From Thecamonas trahens ATCC 50062 (Eukaryota; Protista; Apusomonadida): a DNA stretch of 64,000 nucleotides. Of the stretch, positions 41,918 to 48,913 are shown in pieces. Positions within the stretch are counted from its first letter, which is position 1. Each line of letters begins with the position of its first letter. The stretch is from contig NW_013657614.1 of the NCBI RefSeq assembly GCF_000142905.1, positions 52,803 through 116,802 of the forward strand, written 5' to 3'. Under the pieces are notes generated by a model, which saw nothing but the letters and a program-made list of their open reading frames with translations, had not been told where the DNA came from and made no database searches. The position numbers were made by a program, and so were the translations under genes.

Positions 41918-44203
41918 CTACACAACCCAGCCCTCGTGGTCCGAGACCCGCTGAACGATGTAGGTCCAGAGGGCGTGCATGCCGCGGGCGACGACCGGCT
42001 CGCCCGAGACCTCCTCCATCGGGGCGAGGCCGCCAACGTTGGACGCGTTGAGCTCCGAGAGCACTCGCTTGCCGTCGTCGCCGACGAGGGTGTCGATACC
42101 GTAAAACGTGATGTTGTGCTTGCGGAGGACCGGGTCAAGCTTGCGGATGAGCTCGACCTCGTCGTCGTCGGCGGCGGCGACATGCGATGTCCCGCCCATC
42201 GACGCGTTGCACACCCAGTTGCCCTGCTGCGGGAGGCGGATGGAGGAGGCGATGATGCGGCCGTCGATGACCACGGTCCGCTTGTCGCCCTCGCGCACGC
42301 CCTCCAGGAACTTCATGCACACCACGCCGTGAAAGAGGTCGTAGTCCGGGTCAGATCCGTCCGACCGCGGCGTCGGCATTGCGTTGTCGAGCACACCCCG
42401 CAAGTGGCTCTCGACGTACTCCTCCCACGCCACACCGACCTTGTCGTGCTCGACAAAGACCCGTCCGTCGGCCGCCACCCGGGTGATGCCCTTACCGCCG
42501 CCGTCTTGCACAGGCTTGATCACAATCGCCGGGTACTCGGCCCGGAACGCCTCGACCTCGGCCACCGTCTTGCAGTACGCCAGCGGCGCGCAGAGCTCGG
42601 CCACCTCGGGCAGCCAGCCTTTGGAGCACACCCGCAGAAAGTCGGTCGTCCCGTTGATGATCCGCCACTCGTCCACCATCCGCGCCATGCCGTCGAGGAA
42701 CGCCCGCGTCACCGGCCGCGAGAGGCGCGGAAAGACAACGTCAAAGTCTGCAAGCGACATCTGCCGCGCCGTCGCAAAGTTGACCTCGGTCAGCGGCTTC
42801 CACCCAAACTTGGGCCCGACCTTGTGGACCCACACAGACTCGGCGTCGTGCGGCGGGTAGAAGAACGATGTGTTCGCCGGGTTGAACCGCGACGCCACAA
42901 ACACGCCCTCAGCCGCAGGGTGGTCCGCCAGCGCCCGCGCCATCGACCACAGCGAGTTGGCCTTCTTCGACGTCGCGTGGTCCATCACAATGAGCATCCG
43001 CAGCTGCCGCCGTGTTGCCGCCTTTTGCCGCAGCGCATGCGCCGTCGCCGCAGACGCCTCGCGCCGCGCGAGAATCGCGTCGAGAATAAACGGCGCCGCG
43101 TTGCGCGCCGTGCCCTCGGACGGGAACGCGTGCATCCGCAAGCCCGGCGAGGTGTTCGCCTCCAGAATGCAGCACCCAGCCGACGCCAGCGGCGCCTCCA
43201 TATCCGCCACAATCACGTCGATGCCCACAAGATCCAGCATCAGCGCCTCGGCAACCTCCACGCACATCTGCTTAATCTCTGGGTGCAGCCGGTCCGTCAC
43301 GTCGACCGCGTTGCCGCCGGCGGACAGGTTGGAAATGCCCAGCAGCTGCACCTTTTCACCGGCCGCAGGCACTCGCGCCAGCGCGCCCATTCCCAGATAG
43401 GCAGACACCGCCGCTGCGTCGATGACCGACCGCGGGTGTGTGTGCCCGGGCCCGCGCGTCGGGTCCGTGTTGAGCGCGTCCACAAGGTCGGCCACGCTCG
43501 ACTCCCCGTCGCCCACAGCCACCGGCGCCGTCCGCATCGACGCCGCAAACACTCCGCCGGCAATGACCAGAATCCGCAGCTCGGTCCCGACTGCCTGCCG
43601 CTGGGCCAGAAACGGAATAGGCTTGCGCGCGTTGGTGCCGAGCATCGACATCGACGTCGCCACCCGCGCCGCCGCCGTCAGATCCGCAACCTCGGCGTCG
43701 GTCAGCCCCTCGGGCTCGTCGGCAGACCCAGCATTAGCCCGCGGAGGCGCAATGTCGAGTACCACGCCCTCGCCGTGCGCCCCGTCCGTCGGCTTGATCA
43801 CCGTCGCGCACCCGGCCTGCTGGTTCGCCCGCACAAACTGCGTCAGCCGCTCGAGATCAGACTCGGGAATGTCGCCAAACCGGAGCACGCACCGCAGCGA
43901 CTTGGCCGTAGGCAGCGAGCGCCGCTCCAGGAGCACCGCGCACGCAGCCTTGTTCTCCGCAAGCCGGTGGCCAATGGCCGACCCGAGCTCCGTCCGCGCC
44001 CGCTGGAACACAATCGGCGTCGAGTCCGGCGGCCACACCGCAGCCATGTTCGATGCTCCCTCCAGCACCTCACACTTCCACCCACGCCGATGCGCCTCGG
44101 CCAGCAGCAGCTGATTCGAAATAGAGAGCTCAGCCCACTCGCTCTCGGCAAGCTCCACCCCTGTGCTTCCTGCGCCACCCGAGGTGCCCGCGACGTTGCT
44201 CAT
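41918..44203 (-). CDS. Tandem double ATP-grasp ligase: cyanophycin-synthetase/GshF-type domain + bacterial glutathione-synthetase (GshB)-type domain, 761 aa
   Basis: Domain 1: ELSISNQLLLAEAHRRG, KPTDGAHGEGV, ELRILV, VGDGESSV..L...N.DP.RG.GH, SNLSAGG.AVDVTD..HP, GIDV, LEANTSPGLRMH.FP. Domain 2: LADFDVVFPR, KPVQDGGGKG, EGDKR, NASMGG, YGIDTL, SELNASNVGG. Likely start accATG at 44203. Confidence 0.9.
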   Translation of the reverse strand: MSNVAGTSGGAGSTGVELAESEWAELSISNQLLLAEAHRRGWKCEVLEGASNMAAVWPPDSTPIVFQRARTELGSAIGHRLAENKAACAVLLERRSLPTAKSLRCVLRFGDIPESDLERLTQFVRANQQAGCATVIKPTDGAHGEGVVLDIAPPRANAGSADEPEGLTDAEVADLTAAARVATSMSMLGTNARKPIPFLAQRQAVGTELRILVIAGGVFAASMRTAPVAVGDGESSVADLVDALNTDPTRGPGHTHPRSVIDAAAVSAYLGMGALARVPAAGEKVQLLGISNLSAGGNAVDVTDRLHPEIKQMCVEVAEALMLDLVGIDVIVADMEAPLASAGCCILEANTSPGLRMHAFPSEGTARNAAPFILDAILARREASAATAHALRQKAATRRQLRMLIVMDHATSKKANSLWSMARALADHPAAEGVFVASRFNPANTSFFYPPHDAESVWVHKVGPKFGWKPLTEVNFATARQMSLADFDVVFPRLSRPVTRAFLDGMARMVDEWRIINGTTDFLRVCSKGWLPEVAELCAPLAYCKTVAEVEAFRAEYPAIVIKPVQDGGGKGITRVAADGRVFVEHDKVGVAWEEYVESHLRGVLDNAMPTPRSDGSDPDYDLFHGVVCMKFLEGVREGDKRTVVIDGRIIASSIRLPQQGNWVCNASMGGTSHVAAADDDEVELIRKLDPVLRKHNITFYGIDTLVGDDGKRVLSELNASNVGGLAPMEEVSGEPVVARGMHALWTYIVQRVSDHEGWVV

Positions 44204-44592
44204 GGTGTCGTCAAAGTCGTTGGTCTTGGTGAGGAACGGAGGCTCCAACAAATCGCTACACCACCGTGTTGCTGACGTTGCCTGTTGCTTGCGTGACAAG
44301 CGGTTGCCTTTTGCTTGCGTGACAAGCGGAGGTTGCGTCACGCACCCGCAACTCGTCACTCTGCTTTTTAACTCGGACTTGTTCCCCGGTCAAAAATGGT
44401 CGTGGTTCGGGCACGGCCATTCCCTCCTCGACTTCGGCCCGGACACGGCACCTCTTTGACCTGCATCTGGCCACCACAAAACTCCACCACAAAGCGAGGT
44501 CAGAGACTCGGACGTTTGTTCCTCCTCTCACCCGCAACCTGCAACCGCAATCCGCATCCCGCACCCCGCAACCCCGACACACGGCATCAAGC

Positions 44593-46974
44593 ATGCTCCT
44601 GGCCACGCTCATCGTCGCGCCGTGGGTCCTTGTCGCTGGCCTCACGGCGCTGGTGGTGGTCCTCGCGGCTCGGCTCTCGCCGGCCAAATCGGCGGCCTCT
44701 GAGCTTGTGGTCGGCGCATCGGTGGATGGACCAGGCCATTGGCGGTATGCTTGTGCCGAGGGAGGGCCTGTCTTCCCCTCACCCAAGGCCTCGGCCCTCC
44801 CGCCGGGCGGGCCATCATCCAAGCGGGTCGCCCGCCTCGCCTCGCGCATCTCGCTCTACCATCGGGTCGAGCTCGGGAGCCGCAAGATCGCCCGCCTCGC
44901 GCCGACCACCGCCGCCGCCCTCCTCTCGGTCATGGACGCCATGGATGCCATCGATGAGGTCTATCTGGTCCAGGCGTGGCGGAAGAACCCAAAGCTCCGC
45001 GAGTATCTCGTCGCCCGCCTCTGGAGCTCGCCGCCGGCCTGGCGCCGGTACCTCTCAGACGAGCTCGAGTTCTTTGACTTTAACAAGGGCCCGTTTGACA
45101 AGCTCGAGGATAGGGTGTTTGTCAAGCCGCTGCGCGGCGTGGTCCTCCCGCCGTCGGCCCCGCCGGGATCCGGCCTCTACCCGCCGTTCATGATGACCCG
45201 CATGGACGTCGGCGAGTGGCTGATGGCGTGGGAGGAACATGTGGCGTCGCTGGGCGAGGACGCGAGCCCGCCCGCCGATCCGACATCGCCTGTCGTTGCC
45301 CTCGTTGCCTCGTCGGCGCCCGACGCTGTCGCCGGTGTCGCCGTCCGCCCGTACTCTCGCCTGTACGCGCGGACGCTCTCGCGCGCCGCCGCCGCCATGC
45401 GCGCCGCCGCCCGCCACGTCCGCACTCCCGAGCTCGTCACCTTTCTGCACTCGCGCGCCGCTGCGTTCATGACTAACAACTACGCCGCATCCGAGGCCGA
45501 CTGGCTCGCCGTTCCCTTTGCCAACGCCGAGTTTGTCCTTGTCATCGGCCCGTACTCCAAGTACGGCGATCAGCTGGCGTCGACTAAGCGGGCATTCAAG
45601 GCCGTCGTCGCCATTCCGCAGCGCGAGCTCTCGACGGNNNNNNNNNNNNNNNNNNNNNNNNNNNNNNNNNNNNNNNNNNNNNNNNNNNNNNNNNNNNNNN
45701 NNNNNNNNNNNNNNNNNNNNNNNNNNNNNNNNNNNNNNNNNNNNNNNNNNNNNNNNNNNNNNNNNNNNNNNNNNNNNNNNNNNNNNNNNNNNNNNNNNNN
45801 NNNNNNNNNNNNNNNNNNNNNNNNNNNNNNNNNNNNNNNNNNNNNNNNNNNNNNNNNNNNNNNNNNNNNNNNNNNNNNNNNNNNNNNNNNNNNNNNNNNN
45901 NNNNTCGCCGACGCGCTGCGGCTGGCCGGCTCGGCCGGCGCCGGCCCGCAGCCGACGGCCTCGAACCTCCCGTCGCCCGGCATCCTCAAGGGCAAGCACG
46001 GCTCGATCCGCCTCATCCTCGCCAATGTGCTCAAGGCCAAGTATGTTCACATCCTCAAGCCCGGCGCCAAGCTTGTGTACGATCGCAACGACGCGGCCAA
46101 GCTCTCGTTTGAAAGCTTTATGCTCTGCGTCGTCTACCACGAGCTCTACCACGGGCTCGGTCCCAAGCGAGTCTCGCTCGAGAGCTCGCCGCACTACGGC
46201 AAGCTCATCAACGCGGCCATGGGCCCGATCCACTCGCCGCTCGAGGAGGCCAAGGCCAACATCGGCGGCTTCTGGGGCCTGCTGCGCATGCTCCGCCGCG
46301 ATCCAGCCACCCTCCCCTTCCCCGACGGCATCGAGGACGTCCTCGCGGACGTCAGCATCGGCTCGGTCTGCCATACCTTTGTCGCCTCGCTCTTCCGCTC
46401 CATGCGCTTTGGCCTCCACGAGGCCCACGGCCGGGCCGCCATGCTCCAGTTCCACTTTCTCCTCGCCCGCGGCGCCATCACCACCGCCATCTCGCGCTCG
46501 GTCTCGCTCGACTCGATCGCTGGCGTCGCCGACGCCGAGTACGACTCGGACGACTCGGGCCTGTCCGAGGACTGGAAGCCGACCTACGCCCGCACCTCCT
46601 TCAAGGTTCATCCCGACAAGCTCTACAACTCGGCCTACGCCCTTCTCGGTGAGATCATCGCCGTCCAGGCTGCTGGCGACACCGCCGCTGGCGCCGCCCT
46701 CCTCGACGAGTACGCCTCATCAGTCGCTGTCGACGCCGCCATGGCCCTCGAGGCCATGGCCCGTATCCCCACAGACATCCGCCCAGACTACTCCAACCTC
46801 CGCTCGCTCCTCCGCAGCAACATCGCCTCGGCTGGCTTCCGCGACTCTATCCTCTCCGACGACGATTCGGACACTGACCATGACTCGGACTCGGACTCGG
46901 ACGACGGCGAGGACCACGATGAGCTCTCCGACAACTCCGGCGACGACGATGACGACGAGGCCTTTGTCAGATAG
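44593..46974 (+). CDS. Dipeptidyl peptidase III (peptidase M49, HEXXH type) with N-terminal TM anchor; contains a gap
   Basis: NKGPFDKLED..F, PPGSGLYP, NNYAASEADW, IGPY, ASNLP, NVLKAKY, HELYHGLGP, LEEAKAN, FRSMRFGLHEAHGRA, IPTDI. Confidence 0.9.
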   Translation: MLLATLIVAPWVLVAGLTALVVVLAARLSPAKSAASELVVGASVDGPGHWRYACAEGGPVFPSPKASALPPGGPSSKRVARLASRISLYHRVELGSRKIARLAPTTAAALLSVMDAMDAIDEVYLVQAWRKNPKLREYLVARLWSSPPAWRRYLSDELEFFDFNKGPFDKLEDRVFVKPLRGVVLPPSAPPGSGLYPPFMMTRMDVGEWLMAWEEHVASLGEDASPPADPTSPVVALVASSAPDAVAGVAVRPYSRLYARTLSRAAAAMRAAARHVRTPELVTFLHSRAAAFMTNNYAASEADWLAVPFANAEFVLVIGPYSKYGDQLASTKRAFKAVVAIPQRELSTXXXXXXXXXXXXXXXXXXXXXXXXXXXXXXXXXXXXXXXXXXXXXXXXXXXXXXXXXXXXXXXXXXXXXXXXXXXXXXXXXXXXXXXXXXADALRLAGSAGAGPQPTASNLPSPGILKGKHGSIRLILANVLKAKYVHILKPGAKLVYDRNDAAKLSFESFMLCVVYHELYHGLGPKRVSLESSPHYGKLINAAMGPIHSPLEEAKANIGGFWGLLRMLRRDPATLPFPDGIEDVLADVSIGSVCHTFVASLFRSMRFGLHEAHGRAAMLQFHFLLARGAITTAISRSVSLDSIAGVADAEYDSDDSGLSEDWKPTYARTSFKVHPDKLYNSAYALLGEIIAVQAAGDTAAGAALLDEYASSVAVDAAMALEAMARIPTDIRPDYSNLRSLLRSNIASAGFRDSILSDDDSDTDHDSDSDSDDGEDHDELSDNSGDDDDDEAFVR

Positions 46975-47178
46975 CAACCAGTGTGTACCATGCGCCCGTC
47001 CCCATCACCATGACACGTTTAACACCGATCCAGCCGGCGGCTGCCAACGACAGCTGGAACCTGCCGACTCTTGCCGACGCTTACCCCGCCTACTTACGCC
47101 TGCCCACACCTACTCACACCGGGCTGCGTCTGCTCCCCGCCTGCGGCAGCCTGATCAACATCTACGGCACTGCAGCCA

Positions 47179-47701
47179 TCAGCTCCGATGCTTGCTTTTC
47201 TTTTCCTTGCTCTTGCTCTTGCTCTTGCCCTTGCCCTTGCCCTTGCCCTTGCCCTTGCCCTTGCCCTTGCCCTTACTCTTGACCTTGGCCTCTTCAATCA
47301 CCTCGATGTCCACCCCGAGCGCCTGGATCAGCTGCGACTCGAGCGACGAGACCCGCTCGGTGAGGAGAGCCACCTGCGACTGCAGATCGATCATGGTCTG
47401 GATAACAGTCTCCTTCAACTCGAGCGGATCATCCGAGTCCGAATCTGCATCCGCATCCCCATGGCCCCAACCTCAGCACCTCCATCAGTCATGTCCTCTC
47501 AGTCACGCCCTTGCTCCCTCCTCCGCTGCTCCTCCCGTTCCCCAACCCACCAACCCTCGCCAACCCACTTCCACCTCCACCCTAACCCGCTTCATCTCCC
47601 AGTACTATCCCCCCCCTTCCCCTTCCCTCCCCCCCCTCCCCCTTCCCCCCCTTCCACTCCCCTCACTCCCTCTCCATACCATGGTACTTTGTGCGAGGCA
47701 T
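47179..47701 (-). CDS. Small coiled-coil protein with (KG)n/(KS)n basic tail; join(47701..47680,47444..47179), 95 aa
   Basis: ATG CCT CGC ACA AAG TAC CAT G|GTATGG ... ATGCAG|AT TCG gives MPRTKYHDSDSDDPLELKETVIQTMIDLQSQVALLTERVSSLESQL...KGKGKG...KHRS in frame. Confidence 0.65.
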
Positions 47702-47834
47702 GGCGGGCGACAACGGACAGACGAGTGGTCATCCGCCACAGACCACAGGCCACACGCCCAACTCCCCCCCGCCCTCCCCTCACCTGCATCCGATGATCAT
47801 CACCCAAAACGTGGCACATTTTACACGACAGCAA

Positions 47835-48629
47835 TCAGTCGACGATGGCAATCGAGAGCAGGCCTTGCGGCTTGTAAGGGTACGGAAGCTTGCCAAAGGT
47901 GTTGTTGTGGACGACGACGCCGAGGTCGTTGACCAGAATCTGCCACACCTGCTTGATGTCTGCCGGCCACGAGTGGACACAGCCGTGCGAGTTGGGCAGC
48001 GGGAGCGAGGGGTCAAAGTCACCAGTATGCATAAGGATGCCGTCGCGGATGTCCGAAATGAGGAAGGCGGCGTTGCCGGCGAGACCCTGGACCGCCCGGT
48101 TGACCGGGTACGGTCCAAAGTCCTTGACGTCCTCCTCGGGCGTGTTGAGATCAAAGGTCATGAGCCCAGTCGGCGTCGAGCCGTCCCCAGCAAGCATGTT
48201 GAGCGCCGTGCCGTCCGCCGCATTCTGCCCGTGAGTCTTGACCGGAAACGAGAACCGCAGGTTGTTGTCGGCATCGTACAGCGAGGCCGAGACCTCGACC
48301 GACCGGTTCTTGAACACCGGGATGTACACCTTGTACTTGAAGCCAGGAAGGACCGTGCCCGAGTCCTTGTATCCGTCGTACATGTGGAGGTCGAGCAAGA
48401 GGTTGGTCGTCTCGGCGCCAGCGATCCCGTCGTCGCTCAGCTTGTTGCCACTCTGGAACGCCTCCACCGCGTTCTTGGTCGCCTCGCCGTACTCGCCCGA
48501 CGCCACAAGGCCTGACACGTGCGGCGACCGTAGCAGCAGCGACTGGAGAATCGTCACATCCGAGCCCTTCATCAGCTGCGGCGGCGTGTACGACAGATCG
48601 CGCGAGAACGGCGCCGTAAACTGGGCGCC
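47835..48629 (-). CDS. Peptidoglycan-binding domain + YkuD/L,D-transpeptidase-family catalytic domain (3' exon; 5' exon probably in the gap)
   Basis: PGBD: MKGSDVTILQSLL...GEYGEATKNAVEAFQSGNKLSDDGIAGAET. YkuD: TPTG...GILMHTG...NSHGCVH. Acceptor GCGACAG| at 48630. Confidence 0.85.
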   Translation of the reverse strand, partial: GAQFTAPFSRDLSYTPPQLMKGSDVTILQSLLLRSPHVSGLVASGEYGEATKNAVEAFQSGNKLSDDGIAGAETTNLLLDLHMYDGYKDSGTVLPGFKYKVYIPVFKNRSVEVSASLYDADNNLRFSFPVKTHGQNAADGTALNMLAGDGSTPTGLMTFDLNTPEEDVKDFGPYPVNRAVQGLAGNAAFLISDIRDGILMHTGDFDPSLPLPNSHGCVHSWPADIKQVWQILVNDLGVVVHNNTFGKLPYPYKPQGLLSIAIVD

Positions 48630-48913
48630 CTGTCGCCCTCCACAACCGACAACACGCATGCAAGCACGCACACAAGCACACCAANNNNNNNNNNNNNNNN
48701 NNNNNNNNNNNNNNNNNNNNNNNNNNNNNNNNNNNNNNNNNNNNNNNNNNNNNNNNNNNNNNNNNNNNNNNNNNNNNNNNNNNNTCCCCACTCCCCAATC
48801 CCCTCCGCCTAAGCCCAAGCACCCCCCCCCTTCCCTCCAAACTGATCGGACGAGAACAAGTCACGCGCTGCGAGCTCACCACAACCCACCACCTCACCAC
48901 TACACCTCCAACA

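Noticed and set aside
41918-44203. Calling this gene a true cyanophycin synthetase (cphA1) or gshF
   Set aside because: It lacks the Mur-ligase domain of CphA1 and the glutamate-cysteine ligase domain of GshF.
41936-44275. Long antisense or alternate-frame ORFs (779 aa here; also 39607-41388, 25165-26757, 20751-22013, 59506-61002 and many others)
   Set aside because: Shadow ORFs expected from high GC3 bias; Arg/Ala/Pro-rich with no motifs and overlapping well-supported genes.
39703-48629. Bacterial contamination or chimeric assembly
   Set aside because: Contiguous with the eukaryotic BRO1 gene, similar codon style, host-type microsatellite leaders and splice sites, and no operon-like spacing.
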